This document shows, in pieces, positions 9,168-18,849 of a DNA stretch of 64,000 nucleotides. Location of the stretch: contig JBGARZ010000002.1 in the NCBI GenBank assembly GCA_044229975.1, forward strand, positions 992,001 to 1,056,000, read 5' to 3'. This DNA comes from Polyangiales bacterium (GTDB lineage Bacteria; Myxococcota_A; Polyangia; Polyangiales; Ga0077539). Below the pieces are notes generated by a model, which had not been told where the DNA came from, made no database searches, and was given only the letters and a program-made list of their open reading frames with translations. The translations under genes and the position numbers were made by a program. Each line of letters opens with the position of its first letter. Within the stretch, counting starts at the first letter, position 1.

Positions 9168-10701
9168 ACCGCGGAGGCACCGGCGGCGTGCGCGGCCCGG
9201 TCGGCGCGGCGGGCGTCGGGAGGATGTAGGGCTCGGCGTTGAAGGTTCCGCACTGGCGGTGGTCGCGGTGGAAGCCCCAGCGCACGTACACCCGCCCGTC
9301 GTACGAGCGGATCGCCGCGGGCGCTTCGCCGAAGGGCGCCGAGCGGCGAACAGCACCGAGCGCGCCGACGTCGAAGGCCAGCACGCCGCTCGGGTGCGCG
9401 ACGCCGACGGAGTGGATCGCCCCGGTGCCCTCCAGGACGATCTCCAGCGTCGTCACGAGCTGGTCGTTTTGAAGGGCGGGGGACGACGGGATGTTGGCGA
9501 TGAAGCCGTCCGCGAAGAGGCGATGGATGCGGCGGTGCATCGCCGTGAGGTAGGCCGCGAAGGGCGACGCCGCCGCGCGCAGCGCTGTCTGGTTGCCGAT
9601 GCGGACGTGCGGGACGAAGTTTTCGATCGCCGACCGAGTGTCCTGCCAGCCGTCGGTGTAGCTGCCGCGCGCTTCGGAGCGACGACGGCGGGCCTCGTCG
9701 GCCTCACGCTCCATACGAGCGTCGCCGATGATGGAGGCGTAGCTGTTCCAGGTAGGGAGCGTGGCTGCGAGCGCGCGGCTCGCGCCGAGGCCGCGCAACC
9801 CCGCCAGGCCGCCCGCGTTGTTGCTGGTCGCGCCGCCGCCGTTCTGCCCGTTGCTTCCCTGCGCACCGCTCGCGACCGCCATCGTCCCGGCGCCCGGAAC
9901 GGGGTCGCCCGTGGCGCCCGCGCGACCCACGGCGCCCGTGGTCGTAGAGGCACCGCCGGTGCCGGGAGCGCGCGTGCCCTGCGCGGGGGTGGGGTTGGGC
10001 CGCACCGCTGCGGCAGCGACGTGGGACTCGTCGCGCGGGTGCTGGTTGGGCACCCGATCGCTGCGCCCCTCGTGGTTGTCGAGGTCGGCGCTGACCTGAT
10101 CGCGGTTGCGACCGGGGTTGGTCGGATCGGTTCGATCGCGCGGGCCTCCGCTGCGCGGGTTGGCCTGGTCGCGCACGAGGTTGCGCTGGGCGGCCTGCGT
10201 CTCCTCCTCGACGTTGCGGTTGGCCTGCGCGAGGAAGTGGGGGTCGGTGGGGACCGGCTCCTCGGCGGCGTTGTTCTGATCGACGAAGTGGTGCTCGCCG
10301 CGCGGCACGACGACCGGGACCACCGGCGTCGCAACGACCGGGGGCGGCGGAGGCGGCGGAGGCGCGGGCGGAGGATCGGGCTCGCGTCGTGGGGGCGGGC
10401 GACGATCGCGCTCGCGCGGCGGGCGGCGATGGGTCGACGTCGGCGTCGGGGTGGTGGTTGGCGTGGGCGAGGCCGTCGGGTCGAGCGACGGCACGACCGG
10501 AGGCGGAGGCGGCGTGGGCCCGAGCTCGAACTCCACCTCGGACACGCTGTTGGAGCCAGCGCCGGCCTGCGCGAGGAGGCGCCGCTCGTCGCCACCGAGC
10601 CGGTCGGCGATGGCCTTCGTCCCGCCCGCCAGGAACATGTGCAGCAGCACAGAAGCGCTGATCCACAAGTAGATGGGGATCAGGTATTCGCGCGGCCGCA
10701 T
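9094..10701 (-). CDS. TonB-family energy transducer (N-terminal TM, Pro-rich linker, TonB_C domain)
   Basis: TM 'SASVLLH' (S-x-x-L-H), Pro/Thr-rich linker, C-terminal 'VAHPSGVLAFDVGALGAVRRSAPF'. Its 3' end overlaps the convergent CPBP gene by 74 nt. Confidence 0.75.
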   Translation of the reverse strand: MRPREYLIPIYLWISASVLLHMFLAGGTKAIADRLGGDERRLLAQAGAGSNSVSEVEFELGPTPPPPPVVPSLDPTASPTPTTTPTPTSTHRRPPRERDRRPPPRREPDPPPAPPPPPPPPVVATPVVPVVVPRGEHHFVDQNNAAEEPVPTDPHFLAQANRNVEEETQAAQRNLVRDQANPRSGGPRDRTDPTNPGRNRDQVSADLDNHEGRSDRVPNQHPRDESHVAAAAVRPNPTPAQGTRAPGTGGASTTTGAVGRAGATGDPVPGAGTMAVASGAQGSNGQNGGGATSNNAGGLAGLRGLGASRALAATLPTWNSYASIIGDARMEREADEARRRRSEARGSYTDGWQDTRSAIENFVPHVRIGNQTALRAAASPFAAYLTAMHRRIHRLFADGFIANIPSSPALQNDQLVTTLEIVLEGTGAIHSVGVAHPSGVLAFDVGALGAVRRSAPFGEAPAAIRSYDGRVYVRWGFHRDHRQCGTFNAEPYILPTPAAPTGPRTPPVPPRSTDEGPAERLGQAPGAGAGRGSPG

Positions 10702-10758
10702 GGCTGTCCGTACCACCCGTGCGAAACGCGGGCAACGCGAAGGGCGCGCCGCACGGGG

Positions 10759-11430
10759 TCAGTCGGCGTCGTCGTCGATGGCAGGCAGGGCGTGCACGCC
10801 GGACTCGTAGCTGCCGGGCGAGAGCGCCTTCCAGCGCTCGCGCCAGCGCGACGGGAGGTGGACGATGACCTCCAGGCGCAGCCCCGCGATGGCGTCGGCC
10901 ACGGCGTCGCGACGGCCCTCCAGCGAGGCCATCGCGCGCACGTCGCTCACGTAGCGGGTGAAGCTGGGAAACGACCCGCCGAGACCCGCCACGAGGTCGT
11001 CGCGCAGCCGTCGGAGCAGGCCCGGCGCGCTGCCGCCCGACCCGAGCGCGATGACCAGCTCGCCCACGTCGGCGACCGCGAGGTTGGTGAACGTGCACCA
11101 CCGCGGCTGGTCGATGGTGCAGAGCAGAAACCCGTCCTTCAGCGAGCGCCGGTGCAGCTCCTCGCAGAGCACCTCGTCGCGCACGGCGCACATCACCAGG
11201 ATCGGGCCCTCTTCGAGGTCGCCGTTGATGAGCTCCCTCGCCTCCCACATGGCGCGCGCCCCGTAGGACTCGATGACGGAGGCCAGCGCCGGGATCACCG
11301 TAGGCGACACGACCTTCACCCGCGCCCCGGCCGCGAGGAGCCGTCGGGTCTTGTCGAAGGCCTCGCGGTCGCCGCCCACCACGAAGCAGAGGCGGTCTTC
11401 CACCACGAGCCCGACGGGAAAGGTCTTCAT
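10759..11430 (-). CDS. Precorrin-2 dehydrogenase / sirohydrochlorin ferrochelatase (CysG N-terminal-like)
   Basis: 'FPVGL..CFVVGG..AFDKTRRLLAAGARVKVVSP', 'IDQPRWCTF', 'IALGSGGSAPGL'. Confidence 0.8.
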   Translation of the reverse strand: MKTFPVGLVVEDRLCFVVGGDREAFDKTRRLLAAGARVKVVSPTVIPALASVIESYGARAMWEARELINGDLEEGPILVMCAVRDEVLCEELHRRSLKDGFLLCTIDQPRWCTFTNLAVADVGELVIALGSGGSAPGLLRRLRDDLVAGLGGSFPSFTRYVSDVRAMASLEGRRDAVADAIAGLRLEVIVHLPSRWRERWKALSPGSYESGVHALPAIDDDAD

Positions 11431-11554
11431 GAAACTCCCGCCAGCCTATCGCACGTGGCCCCACGGTTGGGGGCTTTCATCGCCGTGGTGGCAGCCACAG
11501 AAACGTCGTATGAGTTCGCCATCCCGCGGCGCCCAGGCGGCACCGACCCGTCTC

Positions 11555-12670
11555 ATGAATCTCACCGACCTCCCGGAAGACCTGTCGCGGACCCTCACTC
11601 GCTTCCACGCCGGGCGCGTTCCCACCGAGGTGTCGCGCCAACGCTTGCAGGCCGCCGGTGCCGCCCCCGAGTCGTTGCATCTCATCGTCGGAGACGTTGG
11701 GCCGCCGCCGCTCGACTGCGCCCAACGCGCACCGGAGCCGGGCAGTCCCGAGGCGCTCGCGCTCGCGGCCGAAGGCGCGGCGGCCATCGAGCGGGGCGAG
11801 CTCGCGGTGGTGGTGCTCGCGGGCGGAATGGCCACGCGCTTCGGCTCGGTGGTGAAGGCCCTGGCGCCGCTGGGCACGCCCGGCGGAGAGCGCTTCCTCG
11901 ACGTGAAGCTCGCTGACGTGGCGCGATGGAAGGGGCGTGTTCCGGCCGCGCTCATGACCAGCTTCGCGACGCACGACCTCATCGCCCAGTCCCTCGACGA
12001 CGCGCCCCCGCCCGCCGACGCAGCGGTCTCGCTGGTGCCGCAGTTCGTGTCGCTGCGCTTTACACCCGATGGGGGATTGTTTCTGACCGAAGACGGCGTC
12101 CCCTCGGCGCACTCCACGGGTCACGGCGACCTGCCCGACGCGCTCGCGGCAGCGGGTACGCTTGCCGCGTGGCGGGCCGCGGGCGTTCGTACGGTGCTCA
12201 TCTCCAACGTCGACAACCTGGGCGCCACCATCGACCCGACGCTCTTCGCGATGCACCGCAAGGGCAGCTCGGAGGTGACCGTCGAGCTCGTCGAGAAGCG
12301 CGCCGGTGACCGCGGCGGACTGCCGGTGCTGCGCGACGGGCGGCTGGTGCTGGCGGAGACCTTTCGCCTGCCCGAGGACTTCCCCGATCAGGATTTCCCG
12401 CTGTTCAACACCAACACGCTCTGGGTCGACCTCGACGCCCTGGAGGGTGAGCACCCGTGGACATGGTGCGTCGCGCGCAAGAAGGTCGAAGGGCGTGACG
12501 CCATCCAGTTCGAGCGCCTCATCGGTGAGCTCACCTGGTGGCACGAGACGCGGTACCTGCACGTCACGCGCGATGGGGCGCGCTCGCGCTTCCTGCCGAT
12601 CAAGGAGTTCGACGACCTCGCGCGGCACCACGACGCGCTCGTCGCGATGATCACCGCGCAGCGCGCGTAG
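11555..12670 (+). CDS. UTP--glucose-1-phosphate uridylyltransferase, eukaryote-type UDPGP family
   Basis: 'VLAGGMATRFG..VK', 'LMTSFATH', 'GHGDL', 'SNVDNLGA', 'FNTNTLW', 'RFLPIK'. Confidence 0.8.
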   Translation: MNLTDLPEDLSRTLTRFHAGRVPTEVSRQRLQAAGAAPESLHLIVGDVGPPPLDCAQRAPEPGSPEALALAAEGAAAIERGELAVVVLAGGMATRFGSVVKALAPLGTPGGERFLDVKLADVARWKGRVPAALMTSFATHDLIAQSLDDAPPPADAAVSLVPQFVSLRFTPDGGLFLTEDGVPSAHSTGHGDLPDALAAAGTLAAWRAAGVRTVLISNVDNLGATIDPTLFAMHRKGSSEVTVELVEKRAGDRGGLPVLRDGRLVLAETFRLPEDFPDQDFPLFNTNTLWVDLDALEGEHPWTWCVARKKVEGRDAIQFERLIGELTWWHETRYLHVTRDGARSRFLPIKEFDDLARHHDALVAMITAQRA

Positions 12671-12675
12671 GAGAC

Positions 12676-13308
12676 CTACGCCGCGGGGCGCACGAGCGAG
12701 CGGTACCCCGCCACCACCAGCAGCGCGGCCAGCAACGGCGTCAGAAATGCGCTCCACAAGCCCTCGAAGCCCGGCGTCGGCCGCACCACCTGGGCCTGAA
12801 ACATCAGCCCGCCCGCCGTCGCGATCAGCCCCGCAGCCGACCACGCGAGCGTCGCCTGACGCGCCCAGCCCGCGCCACGCGACCACGCCCACGCGAGCGC
12901 GATCGCCGTGAGCGCAAGCCCGACGTCCGCCGCACCGAGCACGCGCCCGTAGGAGTTGGGCAACCAGCCGCCATGCACCGCGAGCACCCGCGCGCTGCCG
13001 ACGAAGCGGAGCGTCTGTAGCGCCACCAGAGCCGTCATCGACACGCCGAGCCACGCGCGTCGCAGTGGGGCGACGCCGAGCCAGAGCGCCACCATCACCG
13101 CGAACGCGACGGGCGCCACCGCGACGTGACTGGAGCCCGACGACGCGGTCGCCACCGACACCACGAGCCATGCGAGGAGCAGCACGGACAGGGCAGCCGT
13201 GAGCCCGGCGCCCTTGGTTCCACGAGCGAAGGTCGGCACCACGAGCAGGCCCGCGGTCACCGAGGCGCCCATCACGAGGGCGAAGAGGATGCGATCGAGG
13301 TTCTCCAC
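12676..13308 (-). CDS. Hypothetical multi-pass membrane protein
   Basis: About 6-7 hydrophobic segments; fills the gap between flanking genes. Confidence 0.65.
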   Translation of the reverse strand: MENLDRILFALVMGASVTAGLLVVPTFARGTKGAGLTAALSVLLLAWLVVSVATASSGSSHVAVAPVAFAVMVALWLGVAPLRRAWLGVSMTALVALQTLRFVGSARVLAVHGGWLPNSYGRVLGAADVGLALTAIALAWAWSRGAGWARQATLAWSAAGLIATAGGLMFQAQVVRPTPGFEGLWSAFLTPLLAALLVVAGYRSLVRPAA

Positions 13309-13391
13309 GGCGCGGAGACATAGTGGCCAACGCCCCGGCGCCGCAACGACCCGTTCGGCGAACGCGGCACTTGGGGTACTGTCCGCGCCCT

Positions 13392-14330
13392 ATGGTGGAG
13401 CGAACGTTCACGCTGAAGGCGACCGACGGCACCGAGGTCTTCGTCTACGCATGGCTGCCCGATGGAGAGGTGCGGGCGTCGTTGCAGGTCGTTCATGGCC
13501 TCGCCGAGCACGCCGGGCGCTATCGCCGCTTCGCCGAAGCGTGCGCCGCGCGCGGCATCGCCGTGTACGCCGACGACCACCGCGGACACGGTCACACCGC
13601 CACCGCGAGCACCCTCGGGTTCTTCGCGGCCGACCACGGCTGGCGCACCGTGCTCGATGATCTCTACCGCCTCGGCGATCACATCACCCGCGAGCACCCC
13701 AAGGCTCCGAAGGTGCTCTTCGGGCACAGCATGGGGTCGTTTCTTTCGCAGCAGATGATGTTCGAGCGGGGCGATCAGTTTGCGGGCGTGGTGCTCTCGG
13801 GCTGCGCCTGCGGCACGAGCAATCCCCTCGCCCCGGTGGGTCGCCTCGTGGCTCGCGTCGAGCGCGCCCGCGTCGGCGCGACGAAGCCCTCGCCCGTGCT
13901 CACCCGCATGAGCTTCGGCGACTACAACAAGGCCTTCGCGCCCAACCGCACCGAGTTCGACTGGCTCTCGCGCGACCCCGCCGAGGTCGACAAGTACATC
14001 GCCGACGACCGCTGCGGCTTCGAGGCGAGCACCCAGCTCTGGGTCGACCTGCTCGGCGCGCTCCCCGCCCTCGGCGACGCCTCCAACCTCGCCCACCTCC
14101 CGAAGGACCTCCCGGTCTACCTCACCGTCGGAGAGCGCGATCCGCTGCACCGCAAGCTCAAGGACTTCCATCCGCTCGTCGCGGGCTACGAGCGCGCGGG
14201 CATGCGCAACGTGACCGTGCGGGTGTGGTCCGACGCGCGCCATGAGCTTCTCAACGAGACCAACCGCGACGAGATCACCGAGGCGATCCTGCACTGGGTC
14301 GATCGCATCGCGCTCAAGAGCGGCGCGTGA
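13392..14330 (+). CDS. Alpha/beta hydrolase (lysophospholipase / monoglyceride lipase type)
   Basis: 'VHGLAEHAGRY', 'DHRGHG', GHSMG nucleophile elbow, 'WLSRD', 'RHELLNE'. Confidence 0.9.
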   Translation: MVERTFTLKATDGTEVFVYAWLPDGEVRASLQVVHGLAEHAGRYRRFAEACAARGIAVYADDHRGHGHTATASTLGFFAADHGWRTVLDDLYRLGDHITREHPKAPKVLFGHSMGSFLSQQMMFERGDQFAGVVLSGCACGTSNPLAPVGRLVARVERARVGATKPSPVLTRMSFGDYNKAFAPNRTEFDWLSRDPAEVDKYIADDRCGFEASTQLWVDLLGALPALGDASNLAHLPKDLPVYLTVGERDPLHRKLKDFHPLVAGYERAGMRNVTVRVWSDARHELLNETNRDEITEAILHWVDRIALKSGA

Positions 14331-14333
14331 GAC

Positions 14334-14762
14334 TCAGCCGCCGGGGGCGCTGAGGAAGCGGGCCTTCTCGGCGGGCGTCGCGATGCGGCAGGTGTCCTTG
14401 CGACCGAACCAGCGGTACCGGTTGCGCGCGATGAACTTGTAGACGCCGTCACGCACCACCCGCGGAACCCACCCGAAGGCGCCCACCAGGCTCCACGGAA
14501 ACGTCAGGTGGCGCGCGATGCGCAGCCCGGCATCGGAGCGCTCCCAGACCACACCATCCTCGACGAGGATCACCGAGTCGGGGTCGCCCTCGGGCAGCGC
14601 CACACCGTGCTTCGCGAGCAGCGCTCGACCCGCGTCGGACTGGAGCGACGCGAACTTCAACGTCGGCGTCTTCTCCCGCGTGAGGATGAAGTCCACCGCG
14701 CCATTGCAGAGGTTGCAGTGGCCATCGAACAGCATCACCGGGGGGTCGGCGGCGGCGGTCAT
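14334..14762 (-). CDS. DCC1-like thiol-disulfide oxidoreductase (YuxK/DUF393)
   Basis: 'LFDGHCNLC', 'FASLQS', 'YKFIARNRYRWFG..C'; ATG 14762 chosen within ORF 14334..15176. Confidence 0.88.
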   Translation of the reverse strand: MTAAADPPVMLFDGHCNLCNGAVDFILTREKTPTLKFASLQSDAGRALLAKHGVALPEGDPDSVILVEDGVVWERSDAGLRIARHLTFPWSLVGAFGWVPRVVRDGVYKFIARNRYRWFGRKDTCRIATPAEKARFLSAPGG

Positions 14763-14775
14763 CGGGGAGACCGGC

Positions 14776-16701
14776 CTACCGCACGCAGGTGAGGGATGTG
14801 AGGTTGCAGGTGAGCGGGCGATCGCACTCGCCCGAGCCGTTGCGCGCCCGGCGGCAGCGAGCGCCTTCGGTGCCGGCGGCCCCGATGGGCTGGCAGCCGG
14901 CCTCGCAGCGCGTCCCCGGCGGGCAGCGCAGTCGATCGGCGCAGACACCCGCCGACGCATCGGCCGCCGCGGCGCACACGCCGCCGATGCAGCGGAAGCC
15001 GTTGTCGCAGGGAGCATCGGGGGCCCGACGGCAGACGCCGCCGTCGCGGCCGATGGGGCGACACGCGAGGCCGCCCGCCGCGACGGGAACACAGCGCGAG
15101 TCGGTGTCGCAGACGACGTTGGTGAGGAAGACGTTGCGCTGCGGGCACTGCCCGACGACGACGCACACGTGCTCACGGCAGGCCGTCCCGCGGATGCAAT
15201 CGACGTCGGTGGTGCAGCCGGTGGAGGGAGGGCTCACCTCGCAGCGGCCGACGTCGGAGGGGCAGGCGTAGCCGCCCGCGCAGGTCGCGCCGGTGCAGGT
15301 CTGCCCGGCGGCGATGGCCGGGACGCACGATCGGTTGAAGCAGCGCTGACCGTCGGGGCAGGCGTCGCCGCGCGACGTGCAGCGGCCCGTGGGAGGCGCC
15401 GCGCAGCGATTGTCGACGCAGGTGAGGCCGGCCTCGCACTCGGACTCGTCGGCACACGCTTCACCCGACGGCCGCGTGCGGCGGCAGGCGCCGGAGACGC
15501 AGCGGAGCCCGGTCGCGCAGGGGTAGATCTGGCCGGTGGTCGCGTCGCAGGGAGTGTTCTCCGAGCCCGCCGCGGTGCACAGGAGCTGGCGGGCCGCGTC
15601 TGGCGCGCACACCGCGAGCCCCGTGCAGAACGACTCGCTCGTGCACGTCATCCCCACGGGCGTCTGGGTGACGCAGATGAAGCGGGTGTTGACCTGACGA
15701 CAGGAGAGCGGGGCGTCGCAGGCGCCGCGCGGATCGGAGGGGTCACGGCACTCGCCGAGGGCGGTTCCGACCGCGACGCAGCGGCTCTCGCTCACCGGCG
15801 ACCGGACGACGCAGCTCGCGCCCGCCGCGCAGCCGCGGCTCTCACAGGACTCGCCGATGGCCGCGGGCGTGTCGCAGGTGTTGCCGAGCGCGAGGCAGCT
15901 GAGGCCCGTGTCGCAGTCGCGCAGCGGGCCGCGGCAGATGCCGGCGCGCGCGCCGCGGGGGACGCAGGTGGGGGCGGCGCCCGCCACCGAGACGCAGTCC
16001 GAGCGGGCGGGGCAGAGCTGGTCCCACTCCGTCGCGCCCGGGGTGCAGGCGCGGTTGTACGCGGACGCGCTCACCATGTTGGCCGAGACCCGCAGCGGCG
16101 GAACGGGGGTCACGCGGACGCCCGCGTTGCCGTAGTTGAAGCTCCAGGCGAGGGCGATCCACTGGGTGCCCGCCTCGACGCGAAACTCGAACTCCGAGCG
16201 CGTGTGGGAGGGATCGGTCTCGAAGGTCGCGACGGAGCACTCGCGGGCCGTGGCGCTCCACGAGCAGCTCTCCAGGCGACGGGCGGAGAGGTAGGCGCCC
16301 GCGAGCATCTCGGAGGCCCAGTCGGCCTGATCGCGCTCGACGCGCAGGCGCATGATGCCCGCGCGCGGGGCCGTCCACTGCACGACCACGGCGTTGTAGA
16401 CGGCGCCGCCGCACGTCGGGATGGGCGTGAGCTGCGCCGTGTCGGACGAGCGGGAGAACTCCACCCAGGCGACGTCTCCCTCCGGGGTCGCGATGCCCTC
16501 CGAGTCGAGGTTGACCCTGGGCGCGATGCCACAGCCACCCGCGTCGGCCACGTCGGACGTCGACGCCTCGGACGAGGCGGGCGCGTCGGCCGAGGCGTCG
16601 GCCCCGGCGTCGATGGCGCTCGGAGGCTTTGGCGTCGACGAACACGCCGCGACCGTCGCCAACACCGCCCAGACCAGACCCCACCCGACTCGCGTCACCA
16701 T
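14776..16701 (-). CDS. Cysteine-rich secreted lipoprotein
   Basis: 3' part of ORF 14776..18777. Lipobox-like 'LATVAAC', a beta-rich segment, then about 380 aa of Cys-rich modules. Confidence 0.75.
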   Translation of the reverse strand: MVTRVGWGLVWAVLATVAACSSTPKPPSAIDAGADASADAPASSEASTSDVADAGGCGIAPRVNLDSEGIATPEGDVAWVEFSRSSDTAQLTPIPTCGGAVYNAVVVQWTAPRAGIMRLRVERDQADWASEMLAGAYLSARRLESCSWSATARECSVATFETDPSHTRSEFEFRVEAGTQWIALAWSFNYGNAGVRVTPVPPLRVSANMVSASAYNRACTPGATEWDQLCPARSDCVSVAGAAPTCVPRGARAGICRGPLRDCDTGLSCLALGNTCDTPAAIGESCESRGCAAGASCVVRSPVSESRCVAVGTALGECRDPSDPRGACDAPLSCRQVNTRFICVTQTPVGMTCTSESFCTGLAVCAPDAARQLLCTAAGSENTPCDATTGQIYPCATGLRCVSGACRRTRPSGEACADESECEAGLTCVDNRCAAPPTGRCTSRGDACPDGQRCFNRSCVPAIAAGQTCTGATCAGGYACPSDVGRCEVSPPSTGCTTDVDCIRGTACREHVCVVVGQCPQRNVFLTNVVCDTDSRCVPVAAGGLACRPIGRDGGVCRRAPDAPCDNGFRCIGGVCAAAADASAGVCADRLRCPPGTRCEAGCQPIGAAGTEGARCRRARNGSGECDRPLTCNLTSLTCVR

Positions 16702-16842
16702 GTGAGCGATCGTGCCGTCTCTGCTTCGCCGGGGCAATCCGCGAGTGAGCCCCGCTGACCGGCAACCCCACGGGGACGGCTCCGCACTTCCGCCGGTGTG
16801 CCCTGTCACGCTAGGGTGCTCGGTGAGAGCGGCGCACCACCC

Positions 16843-18756
16843 ATGACAACCCTCCGATCCATCTTGTTGATCTCCCTCGTGGCCTGGTCGTGCGCGCTCG
16901 GGGGGTGCTCCAGCGACCGCCCCCCGCCGCTGGGCAATTACGTCCCCGACGGCGGCATCTACGGCTTCGACGCCGTCAACGACATCGGCCAGTCCTTCAT
17001 GGACATCATCCCGGTCGACAACCCGCCGCGCGACATCCAGGTCGCCGACGTCCCCGGCGACGTCCAGGCGGGCGCGGTCTGTCGGCTCGACAGCGACTGC
17101 GGGCGCGGGCTCGTCTGCCTCGATGGCCTCTGTGCCATCGACGAATGCATGGGGGAATCCAACCCCTGCAACCCCCTCACGGAGCGCTGCGTGATGCGCT
17201 GCGTGGCCACGACCGATCGCTGCGCGGGCCGGACGTGCGGGGCGACCCAGACCTGCCTCAATGGTCGATGCGAGGAGGGCTGCTTCCCGCCGACCTGCTC
17301 GGGGGTCGCGTGCCCGGCGGGTCAGTTCTGCGACGACCGCACGGGCGCTTGCGCTCCCATCGCGTCGTGCGGCGGCCGCTGCGAGACCGGCGGCGCCTGC
17401 CACTTCCAGTGCGTGCCCCGCTCGGCGTGCGACGGCGTGATCTGCGGGATGGGCCAGTCCTGTTCGAACGGCGTGTGCATGGACAACCCCTGCGCGTCGA
17501 TCAGCTGTGGCATCGGGTCGGTCTGCGTCAACGGGATGTGCATCAGCACATGCAACTGCGACCCGCCGTGCACCCGCTCGCCGCGTGACCGCTGCATCGT
17601 CGGCCAGTGCATCTGCGAGCGCCGGTGCGCGGGCGCCATGTGCGGCGCCGACGACGGCTGCGGCGGGCGCTGCGCCGGGCCCTGCCCCACGACCTTCGAG
17701 TTCTGCGACACCACGTCCAACACGTGCGTGTGCATGCCGCGCTGCCCGGCGACGGCGCCCTGCGGGTCGAGCGACGGGTGCGGCGGGCGCTGCGACAGCG
17801 GCTGCGGCAACGGCGAGCGCTGCGACGTCCCGACGGGTCGCTGCCTCTGCACGCCGCACTGCCCGCCCGCGGAGATGGTCGCGGACTACCCGTGTGGAGT
17901 GACCATTCCCAACCTGTGCATGGGCGAGGCGGCGTGCGGCACCGGCACGGGATGCACCACCGGGCGCCACTGCTCGGCCGAGATGCGCTGCGTGGCCGAC
18001 GACCCGGATGACGGCGGCGCCGACGACGCCGGCGGCGGAGGCGACGGCGGCGACGGCGGTGGCGGCTGCCCGAGCGGCCGAACGATGTGCGAGGACGGTT
18101 GCTACAACCTCCAGACCAACAACAACCGCTGCGGCGCCTGCGACAACCGCTGCCCCTCCGACAGCACCTGCGTGGCGGGCGTGTGCACCTGCCCGACGGG
18201 GCTCACCCTCTGCAACGGGCGCTGCGTCAACCTCCGCGGCGACCAGAGCCACTGCGGCGCGTGCAACTCGCCGTGCGGTGATCTCAGCTCGTGCACCGAT
18301 GGGGTGTGTCGGTGCGTTCCGCACTGCGAGACGGACGCGAGCAACGTGGCGTGCGGCACGCCGGTGCCCAACGCCTGCGCGGGCGGGCCCGCGTGCGGTG
18401 TCGGTCGCCAGTGCCCGACCGGAACGCTGTGCAACGTGCTCACGGGCACCTGCAACTGCGTGCCGTTCTGCCCGCCGGGCGTGGCGTGCGGCATCGCCGA
18501 CGGCTGCGGCGGCTCGTGCCGCGGGACGTGCACCGGCAGCGCGGCCTGCGCGGCCGACCCGATGGATCCGACGCGATACAGCTGCGCCGAGGCGGGCTGC
18601 GTGGGCGGCTGCCGCTGCAACGAGGACTGCAACACGGCGACCAATCGCTGCGCGGCGCGAACCTGCTCCAACGGGACGAGCCCGTGCCCGTGCAACTGCT
18701 GCCCGGTCGGCTTCATGTGCGTTGCCGGAACGGTCTGCGCGCCGATTCCGCCGTGA
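16843..18756 (+). CDS. Cysteine-rich lipoprotein (myxobacterial disulfide-repeat type)
   Basis: Lipobox 'ALGGC'; repeated 'DGCGGxC' and 'D/N-x-x-H/R-CGAC' modules; acidic Gly-rich linker. Confidence 0.8.
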   Translation: MTTLRSILLISLVAWSCALGGCSSDRPPPLGNYVPDGGIYGFDAVNDIGQSFMDIIPVDNPPRDIQVADVPGDVQAGAVCRLDSDCGRGLVCLDGLCAIDECMGESNPCNPLTERCVMRCVATTDRCAGRTCGATQTCLNGRCEEGCFPPTCSGVACPAGQFCDDRTGACAPIASCGGRCETGGACHFQCVPRSACDGVICGMGQSCSNGVCMDNPCASISCGIGSVCVNGMCISTCNCDPPCTRSPRDRCIVGQCICERRCAGAMCGADDGCGGRCAGPCPTTFEFCDTTSNTCVCMPRCPATAPCGSSDGCGGRCDSGCGNGERCDVPTGRCLCTPHCPPAEMVADYPCGVTIPNLCMGEAACGTGTGCTTGRHCSAEMRCVADDPDDGGADDAGGGGDGGDGGGGCPSGRTMCEDGCYNLQTNNNRCGACDNRCPSDSTCVAGVCTCPTGLTLCNGRCVNLRGDQSHCGACNSPCGDLSSCTDGVCRCVPHCETDASNVACGTPVPNACAGGPACGVGRQCPTGTLCNVLTGTCNCVPFCPPGVACGIADGCGGSCRGTCTGSAACAADPMDPTRYSCAEAGCVGGCRCNEDCNTATNRCAARTCSNGTSPCPCNCCPVGFMCVAGTVCAPIPP

Positions 18757-18782
18757 CCTCCGGCTGAGGGGAGTCACAGGGG

Positions 18783-18819
18783 AAGGAGCCCTCCGCGCGA
18801 TTGGGCGGAGGGCTCTTTT
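18783..18819 (+). terminator. Rho-independent terminator between convergent genes, possibly bidirectional
   Basis: Perfect 11-bp stem GAGCCCTCCGC/GCGGAGGGCTC (18786-18815) followed by TTTT and preceded by AAG. Confidence 0.8.
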
Positions 18820-18849
18820 GTTGGGGGAATGGGAGGGGTGGGGCGGGGT

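Noticed and set aside
16702..18777. N-terminal half of the 1333-aa ORF 14776..18777
   Set aside because: It is the antisense shadow of the plus-strand Cys-rich gene. The real protein starts near 16701 with a lipoprotein signal.
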